DNA from: Gammaproteobacteria bacterium
Lineage (GTDB): Bacteria > Pseudomonadota > Gammaproteobacteria > JAJFKG01
DNA length: 64,000 nucleotides
NCBI GenBank assembly: GCA_965116795.1
Contig: OZ220716.1
Location: 426,503 to 490,502, forward strand
Direction: 5' to 3'
Shown: one piece after another, positions 40,151 through 50,904 of the stretch
Layout: every line of letters begins with the position of its first letter
Numbering within the stretch: position 1 is the first letter of the stretch
Notes under the pieces: generated by a model
Told to the model about the DNA's origin: nothing
Databases searched by the model: none
What the model saw: the letters and a program-made list of their open reading frames with translations, nothing else
Translations under genes and position numbers: made by a program

Positions 40151-41410
40151 CTACTGGCGCTTCATTGCTTCAAAGAATTCAGTATTGGTTTTGGTATTGC
40201 GTAAGCGTTCGATTAAAAATTCAATGCTAGCAATTTCATCCATTGGATGCAGTAATTTGCGTAAAATCCACATTTTTTGTAATTCATCGGATTTAATTAA
40301 TAATTCTTCACGACGCGTACCTGAACGGTTAATGTTAATTGCTGGGTAAACACGTTTTTCAGCAATCCGTCTATCTAGGTGAATTTCCATGTTACCCGTG
40401 CCTTTAAATTCTTCGTAAATCACTTCATCCATTTTAGAACCGGTATCGACTAGTGCTGTGGCTAAAATGGTTAAGCTACCCCCTTCTTCAACATTACGCG
40501 CTGCTCCGAAAAATCGTTTAGGGCGCTGCAAAGCATTGGCATCCACACCACCAGTAAGCACTTTCCCCGACGCTGGCGCCACTGTGTTGTATGCCCGTGC
40601 CAAACGGGTAATCGAATCTAATAAAATAATCACATCTTTTTTGTGTTCTACTAATCGTTTAGCTTTTTCAATCACCATTTCTGCCACTTGCACATGGCGA
40701 GCAGCCGGTTCATCAAACGTACTCGCAATCACTTCACCACGCACTGAGCGCGCCATCTCTGTCACTTCTTCTGGACGCTCATCAATCAGTAACACCATTA
40801 AATGACATTCTGGGTAATTGTGCGCTAATGACTGTGCAATGTTTTGTAACATCAAGGTTTTCCCAGCTTTTGGCGGAGAAACGATTAAACCACGCTGTCC
40901 TTTACCAAAGGGAGCAGTTAAATCAATAATACGTGCCGTTAAATCTTCAGTACTTCCATTACCGCGTTCGATACTTAAACGTTCGTCTGCAAATAACGGG
41001 GTTAAGTTTTCAAATAAAATCTTATTGCGTGCATTTTCCGGTGCTTCAAAATTAATTTCGTTGACTTTAAGACAAGCAAAATAACGCTCACTTTCTTTAG
41101 GCGGACGGATTTTGCCAGAGATGGCATCGCCAGTACGCAAATTAAAACGGCGGATTTGACTTGGGGATACGTAAATGTCATCAGGTCCAGCCAGGTAAGA
41201 ACTGCCTGCTGAACGCAAAAAGCCAAATCCATCTTGCAAGATCTCAAGTACCCCATCACCATAAATATCTTCACCATTTCTCGCGTGTGCCTTTAAAATG
41301 GAAAAGATCATATCTTGCTTACGCGATCGCGCTAGATTATCTAACCCCATTTCTGCGGCTATCTTAGCCAAGTCAGCAGGCATTTTTGCCTTCAATTCAG
41401 TTAAATGCAT
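40151..41410 (-). CDS. rho: Transcription termination factor Rho
   Basis: [20 protein letters not shown] and PPKAGKT motifs; 419 aa. Confidence 0.99.
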   Translation of the reverse strand: MHLTELKAKMPADLAKIAAEMGLDNLARSRKQDMIFSILKAHARNGEDIYGDGVLEILQDGFGFLRSAGSSYLAGPDDIYVSPSQIRRFNLRTGDAISGKIRPPKESERYFACLKVNEINFEAPENARNKILFENLTPLFADERLSIERGNGSTEDLTARIIDLTAPFGKGQRGLIVSPPKAGKTLMLQNIAQSLAHNYPECHLMVLLIDERPEEVTEMARSVRGEVIASTFDEPAARHVQVAEMVIEKAKRLVEHKKDVIILLDSITRLARAYNTVAPASGKVLTGGVDANALQRPKRFFGAARNVEEGGSLTILATALVDTGSKMDEVIYEEFKGTGNMEIHLDRRIAEKRVYPAININRSGTRREELLIKSDELQKMWILRKLLHPMDEIASIEFLIERLRNTKTNTEFFEAMKRQ

Positions 41411-41557
41411 ATATTGATACCTTTAGTGTGTTAAAAAAATTAGAGGGAATGACTACTTTTAAAGTGTATTATGATGTTGGTTATTCATTTACGTTAATTG
41501 GAGCGATATACTCTTCGTGATTTAACAGCATGCTTTGTTGACTACGTCCATTCACAA

Positions 41558-41890
41558 TTATACATTTTCATCTAAAAAGGCAGCTAGCTGTGACTTTGTT
41601 AATGCCCCTACTTTGGTTGCAACCACATTGCCTGATTTAAATAACAATAAGGTTGGGATCCCACGTACACCATATTGACGCGGCGTTTGCGTATTATCAT
41701 CAATATTGACTTTGGCAACACGAATACGGTCAGCATATTCACTGGCAATATCATCTAAAATGGGTGCGATCATTTTGCATGGGCCACACCATTCTGCCCA
41801 AAAATCAACTAATACCGGAATACTTGCTTGCAGTACATCAGCCTCAAACGAGGTGTCAGTAACTGCAATAACAGTAGATTGTTCGCTCAT
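41558..41890 (-). CDS. trxA: Thioredoxin 1
   Basis: WCGPC active site; upstream of rho. Confidence 0.97.
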   Translation of the reverse strand: MSEQSTVIAVTDTSFEADVLQASIPVLVDFWAEWCGPCKMIAPILDDIASEYADRIRVAKVNIDDNTQTPRQYGVRGIPTLLLFKSGNVVATKVGALTKSQLAAFLDENV

Positions 41891-42119
41891 GCATAGCCTC
41901 ACTTAACATAAATGATTATCTCTGGACAGCTGCCAAAGTTTATTTCTTCTAAAGTTGATACGTGGTGGATATTTACTGTAAGCAGTGTCGCGAATCCTAC
42001 ACCAATTCCTACATAAAGACAATACTATTTGCAACAGGACACGGATGATGGCCATCTAGTAGTAAGTTATTGGGTAAAACGGTAGCATGTTTACCATGAT
42101 TCAGCGATAATTTACGCCC

Positions 42120-43781
42120 ATGAGTACAACCAATCATCAAACTGTTTGGCAAGCATTAGCAACCCACCAACAAACGTTAGTAAACACGACGTTGTTATCT
42201 CAGTTTGCTAGTAATCCTAACCGTTTTCAACAGTATAGTTTGCAAGCCGCTGGGTTATTATTTGATTTTTCTAAGCAACACATTAACCAACAAACACTGC
42301 CATTATTACTCCAATTGGCACAAACGTGTGAACTAGAATCAGCTCGCACACGTTTATTTGCTGGAGACATAATGAATACTTCAGAACAACGCCCTGCATT
42401 GCATATGCTATGGCGCTGGTCTGAGCAAGCTACTTTCCCAACAGCTGTGATCAAACAAACGATCAAGCAAACGACTACGCAGCTGAATAACGTGAGTCAG
42501 GCAATACGTAATAGCGATATCACTGGGATCGACGGTGAGTCATTTACTGATATTATTCACATTGGTGTTGGGGGGTCGAGTACTGGCTGTAAACTGTTAT
42601 ATGATGTATTGAAACGAGCAGATAGCCACCGCGTACGTATTCACTTCGTTGAAACACTGGATGCGAGCCAATTGTATACTGTGCTTGATCATTGTCATCC
42701 AGCTACCACAGCGATTGTGATTGCGTCTAAGACATTTACTACTATCGAAACACAACATAATGCAACACTTGCTATCGATTGGTTAGTGTCACAGTTACCA
42801 GCACACAGTAAATCAGCGTTAATCAACACACATTGTTTTGCAATCACTGCTAACATTGAAAAAGCACATGCACTCGGGATTGATCCACAATACGTATTCC
42901 GTTTACCTGATTGGGTAGGTGGACGTTATTGCATTTGGTCAGCGATGCGCTTTTCGCTCATTGTTTCTGTTGGGACCCACTGTTTCGATGCTTTTCTAGC
43001 GGGTGCTTATGCGATGGACCAACACTTTTTAACAGCACCATTGGCTACCAACATGCCTGTTATTCATGGCTTATTACGTATTTGGTTACGTCATTTTTGG
43101 CAACAACCCTATTATGCAGTACTGCCATACGCACATGATTTGCGTAAATTGCCAACTTATTTACAACAATTGGATACAGAAAGTAATGGTAAGTCAGTTC
43201 ACCATGATGGCACACCTGTTAATAATGCAACTGCCCCACTACTCTGGGGAAGCGGTGAAACTCAAGCGCAACACAGCATCCATCAATGGCTACATCAAGG
43301 AACCGATGGTTGTCCAATTGATTTTATTACATGTGCACGTTTTGAGTTAAACTCACATGCACAACAAACAGCATCAGCGATGTTTGCACACTGCCTTAGT
43401 CAAAGCCTGTCATTAATGCAGGGTATATCGCAAGCGGCTTGTCAGCAGCAATTGATTGACAAGGGTCTATCTACAACCGACGCAGAACAACTCAGTCAAC
43501 ATCAAATGTTACCCGGAAATAGGGTGAGTAATACGATTATATTATCCAGTTTAAATGCCAATACATTAGGTGCATTGCTCGCACTGTATGAACACTCCAC
43601 GTTCGTGCAATCCGTCATTTGGCAAATAAATCCATTTGATCAGTGGGGAGTTGAACAAGGAAAGCATCTAGCTCAGCAATTACAAACACTATTAACTGAG
43701 CCAACTGCAAATAAACACGACATTGATACTAGTACCCATGGCTTAATCGAATTTTATCAGCAATATTGTCACACTAAGTGA
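42120..43781 (+). CDS. pgi: Glucose-6-phosphate isomerase (divergent)
   Basis: GVGGS, SKTFTT.ET, VGGRY, ESNGK and FDQWGVE.GK motifs. Confidence 0.92.
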   Translation: MSTTNHQTVWQALATHQQTLVNTTLLSQFASNPNRFQQYSLQAAGLLFDFSKQHINQQTLPLLLQLAQTCELESARTRLFAGDIMNTSEQRPALHMLWRWSEQATFPTAVIKQTIKQTTTQLNNVSQAIRNSDITGIDGESFTDIIHIGVGGSSTGCKLLYDVLKRADSHRVRIHFVETLDASQLYTVLDHCHPATTAIVIASKTFTTIETQHNATLAIDWLVSQLPAHSKSALINTHCFAITANIEKAHALGIDPQYVFRLPDWVGGRYCIWSAMRFSLIVSVGTHCFDAFLAGAYAMDQHFLTAPLATNMPVIHGLLRIWLRHFWQQPYYAVLPYAHDLRKLPTYLQQLDTESNGKSVHHDGTPVNNATAPLLWGSGETQAQHSIHQWLHQGTDGCPIDFITCARFELNSHAQQTASAMFAHCLSQSLSLMQGISQAACQQQLIDKGLSTTDAEQLSQHQMLPGNRVSNTIILSSLNANTLGALLALYEHSTFVQSVIWQINPFDQWGVEQGKHLAQQLQTLLTEPTANKHDIDTSTHGLIEFYQQYCHTK

Positions 43782-43793
43782 CGGAACTTTACG

Positions 43794-45380
43794 CTATGTT
43801 AACAACTCCGGTTGTGCAGCTAAAATAGCGTCACTCACCGTAAACCGTTTAAAGTTTTCAATAAACTTATTGATCAACACATTGGCTGTGTCAACATACG
43901 CTGTTTGTGATTGCCAAGTACGACGTGGATCTAACAAGTTGGTGTCAACACCAGTTAATTGGGTTGGCATTTGCAAATTGAATCCTGGCAATGTAGTAAA
44001 GTCTGCTTTACGTAATTCACCTAATAAAATAGCGGTGATCACTGCACGAGTTGTTGGAATCGCAAAGCGTTTGCCATCACCATAAGCACCACCTGTCCAA
44101 CCGGTATTCACTAAATATACCTCACTATTAAACCCATTAACTCGCTTCATTAACAGTTCAGCATATTCAGCAGCAGGACGTGGGAAAAAAGGTGCACCAA
44201 AACACGTACTAAACGTAGAGCGAATCGCCGCTTCATCTTCATTACCCACTTCAGTACTACCAACCAACGCTGTATAGCCACTTAAGAAATGATACGCCGC
44301 TTGCTCTAAGGTTAAACGTGATACAGGTGGTAACACACCATATAAATCACATGTTAAAAAGATAACAGATTGCGGTTGTGCGCCACGATTGGTTAACACC
44401 CGTTTTTCGATAAAATCACGTGGATATGCCGCACGACTATTTGCTGACAAACTGTCATCGCTATAATCAGGTTGCTTGGTTTTCGCATCAAGGACAACAT
44501 TTTCCAGTACACTTCCAAAACGAATTGCATCCCAAATAATCGGTTCACGCTCTTGAGATAAGTCGATGCATTTAGCATAACAACCGCCTTCAAAATTAAA
44601 TACACCGTGTTCACCCCAACCGTGTTCATCATCACCAATCAACAACCGGTTCGGATCAGCTGATAGTGTGGTTTTCCCGGTACCGGATAACCCAAAAAAT
44701 AAGGCAACATTACCGTCTTTACCTTGGTTAGCTGAACAATGCATCGGTAAAATGTCATGTTGTGGCAACATGAAGTTTAATACAGTAAACATCGCTTTTT
44801 TCATTTCACCCGCATAATAGGTACCCGTCACTAATACACGACGCTGACTAAAATTTAAAATGACGGCGGCATCACCATTCACACCATGACGAGCAGGATC
44901 CGGAGTAAACCCAGGGGCACTTAGAATTTGCCAACGCGGTTGCTTAAATTTCACATCTTTTTCAGGGTGAATAAATAAATTATTAACAAATAAATTTTGC
45001 CACGCTAATTGGTTATACACAGTTACCGGTATCGCATGTTGTAAATCGGCACCGACTTGTAAATCAGCAACAAATACATCACGTTGTTGCAAAAAGGCTT
45101 TGGCTTCATTCCACAACACAGTAAACGCATCACTGGTTATCGGTTGATTGACTGCCCCCCAATCAACACTGGTTTCCGTGATCTCATCTTTGACAATAAA
45201 CCTGTCTTTTGGTGAACGCCCAGTACGTTTACCAGTATTGACGGTTAACGCACGGTTTGCAGCTAATTCACCTTCATTACGCGCTAAGGCATGTTCAATC
45301 AGTTCAGCAGGGGTTAAGTTACGATACAATTGCCCAGTTGTTGTGGCTAACTCGTTATCGATATCAATCGTACTACTCAT
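43794..45380 (-). CDS. pckA: Phosphoenolpyruvate carboxykinase (ATP)
   Basis: [25 protein letters not shown] and EGGCYAK motifs. Confidence 0.97.
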   Translation of the reverse strand: MSSTIDIDNELATTTGQLYRNLTPAELIEHALARNEGELAANRALTVNTGKRTGRSPKDRFIVKDEITETSVDWGAVNQPITSDAFTVLWNEAKAFLQQRDVFVADLQVGADLQHAIPVTVYNQLAWQNLFVNNLFIHPEKDVKFKQPRWQILSAPGFTPDPARHGVNGDAAVILNFSQRRVLVTGTYYAGEMKKAMFTVLNFMLPQHDILPMHCSANQGKDGNVALFFGLSGTGKTTLSADPNRLLIGDDEHGWGEHGVFNFEGGCYAKCIDLSQEREPIIWDAIRFGSVLENVVLDAKTKQPDYSDDSLSANSRAAYPRDFIEKRVLTNRGAQPQSVIFLTCDLYGVLPPVSRLTLEQAAYHFLSGYTALVGSTEVGNEDEAAIRSTFSTCFGAPFFPRPAAEYAELLMKRVNGFNSEVYLVNTGWTGGAYGDGKRFAIPTTRAVITAILLGELRKADFTTLPGFNLQMPTQLTGVDTNLLDPRRTWQSQTAYVDTANVLINKFIENFKRFTVSDAILAAQPELLT

Positions 45381-45624
45381 ACGTTAAGTCCTCTTCACCC
45401 GTCTTTGGTTATGCATTGATATTGACCAATAATTGGCCTCTCGCTAGTTTGCTGGCCATTATGACAAGAAATGCTGATGGTTGCGAGCGTGATGATGACT
45501 GACCTGTTTTGGTATAAATTTCATCAAGTTGTTCAAGTCGTTAAGGATGCACTGATACAGATAATATGGCACTATCAAAAGAGTTATAGACATAGTAAAT
45601 CGTTGCTACCACAGGAAATAACCA

Positions 45625-46059
45625 ATGTCACCATCACCCTATTTCAACGATATGCTGAACGCTGCACACGCTACACTACAACATGCTTATGCACCGTATT
45701 CACATTTATTAGTGGGCACCTGTTTTCGTGCTGAAGATAATACCTTGTATAGCGGTTGCAATGTTGAAAATGCATCATATGGATTAACATTGTGTGCCGA
45801 GAATGTTGCATTAGGTAAACTCATCAGTACTGGTAAACGGCGTATTGTCGAAGTCGTATTGGTTAGCTCTGGCAACACAGTTTGTCCACCCTGTGGGCGT
45901 TGTCGTCAATTGATCCGTGAATTTGCTGACGATGATGTTAACATTCATCTAGTCACAGGTGATATGGATTCACCAACGATTATAACTTACACCATTAACA
46001 CATTACTGCCTGCTGCATTTGGTCCAGCACAGCTAGTCACAAAACAAGGTAATACATAA
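45625..46059 (+). CDS. cdd: Cytidine deaminase (tetrameric type)
   Basis: YAPYS, GCNVENASY..TLCAE and PCGRCRQ motifs. Confidence 0.93.
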   Translation: MSPSPYFNDMLNAAHATLQHAYAPYSHLLVGTCFRAEDNTLYSGCNVENASYGLTLCAENVALGKLISTGKRRIVEVVLVSSGNTVCPPCGRCRQLIREFADDDVNIHLVTGDMDSPTIITYTINTLLPAAFGPAQLVTKQGNT

Positions 46060-46060
46060 T

Positions 46061-46891
46061 ATGCAACACGTAGAAACCCACCCACAACATGCTGTTGATG
46101 TCATTCGTGCAGCAGGTTATCACGCTACACCGCAAATCGGTTTAATCACGGGCTCTGGTTTAAATAAGTTAGCCGACTGCATCAATAACAAATTGGTGGT
46201 GTCATATGCTGATTTACCTGGCTTCAGTCAAAGCAGCGTACAAGGGCACGGTAGTCAATTAGTACTAGGCGACATTGCTGGTGTACCCGTTGCATGTTTA
46301 CAAGGACGCGTTCATGTTTACGAAGGCATGCCTTTCTCAGCAATGAAACAAATGATACGTACATTAAAATTATTAGGTTGTCACAGTGTCGTATTAACTA
46401 ATGCAGCGGGTTCATTACGTAAAAAAGTAAAGCCGGGTGAGCTGATGTTGATCACTGATCATATTAATATGCAACCGGGTAATCCATTAATTGGTGCTAA
46501 TGACGATGAATTTGGGCCACGCTTTTTTTCAATGGATACTGCTTATGATCTCGAACATCGCAATTACTTATTACACGCTGCTAAACACTTAAAAATCCGT
46601 TTAGCACAAGGGGTATACCTTGCAACAAGCGGTCCTGGGTTTGAAACACCTGCTGAAATTCATGGGTTTCGTACGATGGGGGCCGATGCTGTTGGGATGT
46701 CAACCGTACCTGAAGTACTCATTGCACGTCATTGCGGTTTGAGAGTCGCTGCTATTTCAACCATTACTAACTTTGCTGCAGGAATGAGTAATGAATTGTT
46801 AACCCATGATGGTACATTGCATTTTGCCAGTATCGGGGTCGAAAAATTACTGTCTTTACTTGTTCAATTCATTGGAATGCACGCTACATGA
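46061..46891 (+). CDS. Purine-nucleoside phosphorylase (trimeric PunA/XapA type)
   Basis: GSGL, GRVHVYEG, TNAAG, GPGFETPAE and VGMSTVPE motifs. Confidence 0.93.
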   Translation: MQHVETHPQHAVDVIRAAGYHATPQIGLITGSGLNKLADCINNKLVVSYADLPGFSQSSVQGHGSQLVLGDIAGVPVACLQGRVHVYEGMPFSAMKQMIRTLKLLGCHSVVLTNAAGSLRKKVKPGELMLITDHINMQPGNPLIGANDDEFGPRFFSMDTAYDLEHRNYLLHAAKHLKIRLAQGVYLATSGPGFETPAEIHGFRTMGADAVGMSTVPEVLIARHCGLRVAAISTITNFAAGMSNELLTHDGTLHFASIGVEKLLSLLVQFIGMHAT

Positions 46892-47631
46892 ATCGACATA
46901 AACAAATTGCCAGACAAGTATTACCGTTAATCGATTTAACCAGTTTAAACGATACGGATACTGAAGAAGATATTATTGCATTATGTAATAAAGCATCTGG
47001 AAAGCAAGGGCATGTGGCTGCTGTGTGTATTTACCCACAATTTGTCAAAACTGCAATTCGTTGTTTACGCCTCACCGGCATACCGGTAGCAACCGTGGTT
47101 AATTTTCCCAATGGCAATGATCCGATAGACACTACTTGCCAACACATTCAGCAAGCTATCCGTAATGGCGCCACTGAAATTGACGTGGTTATGCCATATC
47201 ATCGCTATCTAGCCAATCATGTTGATGACGTGCGCGAATTTATTCGTACGTGTAAAATAACGTGTGGTAAGCAAACGATATTAAAAGTCATTTTAGAAAC
47301 CGGTGCGTTACTGGATCCCAGTTTAATTGAACGTGCCGCACTGGATGTGATCGATGCAGGCGCTGATTTTATCAAGACATCTACTGGCAAAATCAGCATC
47401 GGTGCAACCGTTTCTGCAACTCAAGCAATGTGTCAAGCCATTCAAAAAACACATCAACACAGTGGACGTAACATTGGTTTTAAAGCATCTGGTGGTATTC
47501 GTTTTCTTGCACAAACGCTACCATTTTTGGCGACTATTGAAGAAATATTAGGTGAACAATGGCTGCATCCTAATACGTGTCGTTTCGGGGCAAGTTCACT
47601 GCTCGATGATGTGCTAGCACAGTTGCGCTAA
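46888..47631 (+). CDS. deoC: Deoxyribose-phosphate aldolase
   Basis: DLTSL, ATVVNFP, KVILETG, FIKTSTGK, FKASGG and RFGAS motifs. Confidence 0.95.
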   Translation: MNRHKQIARQVLPLIDLTSLNDTDTEEDIIALCNKASGKQGHVAAVCIYPQFVKTAIRCLRLTGIPVATVVNFPNGNDPIDTTCQHIQQAIRNGATEIDVVMPYHRYLANHVDDVREFIRTCKITCGKQTILKVILETGALLDPSLIERAALDVIDAGADFIKTSTGKISIGATVSATQAMCQAIQKTHQHSGRNIGFKASGGIRFLAQTLPFLATIEEILGEQWLHPNTCRFGASSLLDDVLAQLR

Positions 47632-48521
47632 TGCTGACTCAATTGATCCAGCGTTAACGTAATCAGCCGTTCCATAGATGTTGCCGTATTACGACTAAAT
47701 TCACCGGTGACTCGATTAGCCACGACTGTTGATAATGACAAACAACGATGGCTTAATGCGTTGCCTAAACCATACAAAGCGGCTGTTTCCATTTCAAAGT
47801 TCACGATTCTTTCAACAGAGTCACCTCGATTAACGCAAAACTGCTGGATTAACTCTAAAAAGTCAGTCATTTGCGGTTTTAAACGAATGTGTCTGCCTTG
47901 GGGACCATAAAATCCTGCGCACGTTGCTGTTAACCCAACATGGCAATGGTTAGCAAATAGATTAACTAATTCCGGATCAGCATCACAAGCATACGGTAAT
48001 AATCGTTGATTAGCGTACTGCTGACAATGCTGACTAATGGCATCGGCAAGGCGCTGTTCAGGTTCTGTGTAAGTGACATCATAATAATGCAGTAATCCAT
48101 CAAAACCAATACCGCCACTGGATGCAACAATATCATCGGTAGCGATATCTGCTTGCAAACCACCGCACGTGCCAACACGTACTAATACTAATGGAGTTAA
48201 CGTTGATTTGATGCTCCGTTTACCAACATCAACATTAAATAAGGCATCGATTTCATTGACGACAATATCGATATTATCAGTGCCAATGCCTGTTGATATC
48301 ACTGATAATCGCTGTCCTTTATAGTAACCAGTATGGGTAATGAATTCACGCTTTTGTCGAGTCAGTTCGATACGATCAAACTGACGCGATACTTGAGCAA
48401 CTCGATCTGGATCACCGACCAGTATAATACGCTCAGCTAATTCACCCGGACAGAGCGCTAGATGATAAATACTACCATCTTGATTAATGATTAACTCGGC
48501 ATTGGTTAACTTATCATTCAT
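47628..48521 (-). CDS. Uridine/nucleoside phosphorylase (PNP_UDP_1 family)
   Basis: ELIIN.DGSIYHL, VGDPDRV, STGIGTDN, FYGPQGR and NFEMET motifs. Confidence 0.88.
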   Translation of the reverse strand: MNDKLTNAELIINQDGSIYHLALCPGELAERIILVGDPDRVAQVSRQFDRIELTRQKREFITHTGYYKGQRLSVISTGIGTDNIDIVVNEIDALFNVDVGKRSIKSTLTPLVLVRVGTCGGLQADIATDDIVASSGGIGFDGLLHYYDVTYTEPEQRLADAISQHCQQYANQRLLPYACDADPELVNLFANHCHVGLTATCAGFYGPQGRHIRLKPQMTDFLELIQQFCVNRGDSVERIVNFEMETAALYGLGNALSHRCLSLSTVVANRVTGEFSRNTATSMERLITLTLDQLSQH

Positions 48522-48575
48522 TATTGCCCTCTTTAATATTGCATACACAAGGATTATACAGATAATATTGACTAT

Positions 48576-49367
48576 ATGAAGATAGATGAAATCCACAAAC
48601 ACTGTATTGTCTGTTATGATGATCAAACCCAGCAAACACTTGCTAGCAAGTTGGCTGCGACACTCATGTTAGCGTGTGATAGTTACCATCATTCATCACA
48701 TCAACACTATGCCTACGTATTATATTACAAAGCACAGCAACTGTTTTTATTATGTCAACAACAACCTGCTTTCAAACCATTTACTGTTGATTTTACCCAA
48801 GGACAATTAGCTTATCGATTACGCCAAGAAACCAGTATACGTCAACCAATAGCACGAGCCATTGGTATTAAACCAAAGATACGCCCAACTGTACTCGATA
48901 TCAGTGCGGGATTTGGTCAAGATGCTAGCATCTTAGCTAATTTAGGCTGCACAGTAATATTGTTAGAGCGTCACCCTATTGTATGGGCATTGTTACATGA
49001 TGGTTTGACTCGAGCAAAGAATGCTGGATGTCTATGGGCAACACACATCACTCTGCATCGACAAGCAGCACAATTGTATTGTGATCAAATAATCATGTCT
49101 AATCGATTGTACCCTGATGTTATTTATTATGATCCGATGTTTCCACCAACCAATAATACGGCTAATGTACAAAAGCCAATGCAAATTTTACAAGCGTTAG
49201 TTGAACACGAAGACACTGATATTAGATTATTTAATACCGCTAAGCAGCTTGCTGCAAAACGACTGGTGGTAAAGCGACCTAATTACGCAGTACCGTTATT
49301 TGATATGACGCCATCGCTACAAATTAAAATGGTTAAACACCGTTTTGATGTGTATTTATGTACTTAA
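48576..49367 (+). CDS. rsmJ: 16S rRNA m2G1516 methyltransferase (RsmJ/YhiQ family)
   Basis: VLD.SAGFGQD, ERHP, YYDPMFP and RLVVKRP motifs. Confidence 0.87.
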   Translation: MKIDEIHKHCIVCYDDQTQQTLASKLAATLMLACDSYHHSSHQHYAYVLYYKAQQLFLLCQQQPAFKPFTVDFTQGQLAYRLRQETSIRQPIARAIGIKPKIRPTVLDISAGFGQDASILANLGCTVILLERHPIVWALLHDGLTRAKNAGCLWATHITLHRQAAQLYCDQIIMSNRLYPDVIYYDPMFPPTNNTANVQKPMQILQALVEHEDTDIRLFNTAKQLAAKRLVVKRPNYAVPLFDMTPSLQIKMVKHRFDVYLCT

Positions 49368-49381
49368 AAATAAAGCATAAG

Positions 49382-50008
49382 TTACTGACTTTGTGTTAAC
49401 ACAAAACGTCGATAATAATCTAAATCCGTTGCATGTTTACCAAACCCAATAATCGTCACATTATTTTTTGCTCGTTCAAGTGTGGTATGTTGACTAGCAA
49501 GTGGATAATGACTGCCTAATGCTAAAACTAAAACAGGTATCTTTTCTAGTCTACGCTGCTTTTGTAAGTATTTAGCAACCGCATTTGCTTGATGACTCGT
49601 TACCGTAAATTGTGTGTTCGTAAAACCAATATCTGCCATATGGCCAATTACTGTAATTTGTTTTGCATTGCAAGCTAATGTAGCAACTGTAGTTAATATA
49701 GCCTTTGCACTTGCAACGAATTCAGCAGTAGTAGGCTTAAATAAATAATGATTAGGAATAATGATTATTTTACTGTCATCAGACTCAATGACACTAATAC
49801 CACGCTTGGCAAGCAACTGGTTTATCTGATTACGATTACTAATAGAGGTTGGAATAGTACATTGATCACTATTACACGTTGCCGGTGGCGCTAATGCTAC
49901 TGGTGTTGCGCCATCAGTTACCTGAGCCTGTTCAGACACACAACCTAATACTAGTGATACAAGCCCTAATATACACAAGCGAGTTATCATTCTATTGGTA
50001 ATAAACAT
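49382..50008 (-). CDS. OmpA-like-domain lipoprotein (IcmN/DotK-like)
   Basis: Lipobox VLGC; GISVI...IIIP...LF, ITVIGH..D and QANAVAKYL motifs. Confidence 0.62.
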   Translation of the reverse strand: MFITNRMITRLCILGLVSLVLGCVSEQAQVTDGATPVALAPPATCNSDQCTIPTSISNRNQINQLLAKRGISVIESDDSKIIIIPNHYLFKPTTAEFVASAKAILTTVATLACNAKQITVIGHMADIGFTNTQFTVTSHQANAVAKYLQKQRRLEKIPVLVLALGSHYPLASQHTTLERAKNNVTIIGFGKHATDLDYYRRFVLTQSQ

Positions 50009-50046
50009 ACAATCATTAACCTAAATTCAAAATGTGAACAGCATAA

Positions 50047-50568
50047 TTAAAATTTCATATCGCTTATTAATCTACTAACATATAAATCACGTTCGCCACT
50101 TTGCGGTACCGTTAATATATCTAAATAACTCTGCAAACTATCCATAGCACCATTGCGTTTTTCATTCTCAGTTATATCAGACTGACTCGGATAGAAAATA
50201 TGATCGGCTAATAATCGTTGCTCTTCCTTTTCTGCATGGATTTCATCTTGTAATATCGCTTTGATTAAGCCTTGATAACCTGCCTGGTTTGTCTTGCGAG
50301 GAAAGATTTCACGTAATTGTCGTAATAATGTTGTGATATTAGTATGCCAGGTAAATAGTAATTCATTAGCTTTCAATAATTCCCAGCGAGTTAATTTACC
50401 TTGGCCACTGTAAGCAAACCAACAACAAAAAAGAATAATGTTAATGTTAACACTGTATTTTTCTTGCAGTGCAAGTAATTGTGTTTTTATATCTGCGCGT
50501 CGATATATTGTCAGAGAATATTTGCAAAACGCAGTAGCACGTTTACTAAGCTCCATTGATGCTGGCAT
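50047..50568 (-). CDS. TIGR02444/DUF2390 family protein
   Basis: F..YSL.IY......LL.LQ.....NINIILFCCW, LRQLR and E..AEKEEQ motifs. Confidence 0.75.
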   Translation of the reverse strand: MPASMELSKRATAFCKYSLTIYRRADIKTQLLALQEKYSVNINIILFCCWFAYSGQGKLTRWELLKANELLFTWHTNITTLLRQLREIFPRKTNQAGYQGLIKAILQDEIHAEKEEQRLLADHIFYPSQSDITENEKRNGAMDSLQSYLDILTVPQSGERDLYVSRLISDMKF

Positions 50569-50658
50569 TATTTTATCTCCTGTGTGATCTATGATCAGTT
50601 CCGACAACACTACAAATATGCATGATTACACTTGATTTAGCAAGTTGTTAAAAGAGAC

Positions 50659-50829
50659 CGTTATTCTGGAGAGTATGCAACGTAGGCAAGCCCAGAATTT
50701 AGCCTCTCTGTTTTTTCAAGTATCATGAAAACTGGATTCTGGATCCTTGACTACTCAAGGACAAGCTCGCATCCCTGGATAATCTCCGATTTCCAGGGCA
50801 AGGTTTTATACATGCTCTCCAGAATGACG
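50659..50829. repeat. REP/RPE-like composite palindromic element
   Basis: Arms CGTTATTCTGGAGAGTATG / CATGCTCTCCAGAATGACG enclosing hairpins CCTTGA-CTAC-TCAAGG and CCCTGGA...TCCAGGG. Confidence 0.7.
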
Positions 50830-50904
50830 AATGCGTGGAAATAATAAAACTTGAGGAACAAGTTAACTTTACGTATCTGAGCCTCGGTAATTACACTATA
50901 TTAT

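Noticed and set aside
40137-41367. Several long antisense ORFs over rho (similar ones over rocD, pckA, holA and pcnB)
   Set aside because: Typical antisense shadows of conserved genes; no motifs or RBS
45381-45624. Possible riboswitch or sRNA between pckA and cdd
   Set aside because: No recognisable aptamer consensus or terminator; consistent with plain divergent promoters
48522-48635. 38-aa hydrophobic N-terminal extension of the nucleoside phosphorylase
   Set aside because: Overlaps the rsmJ start; ATG at 48521 has an SD (AGAGG) and matches the family N-terminus
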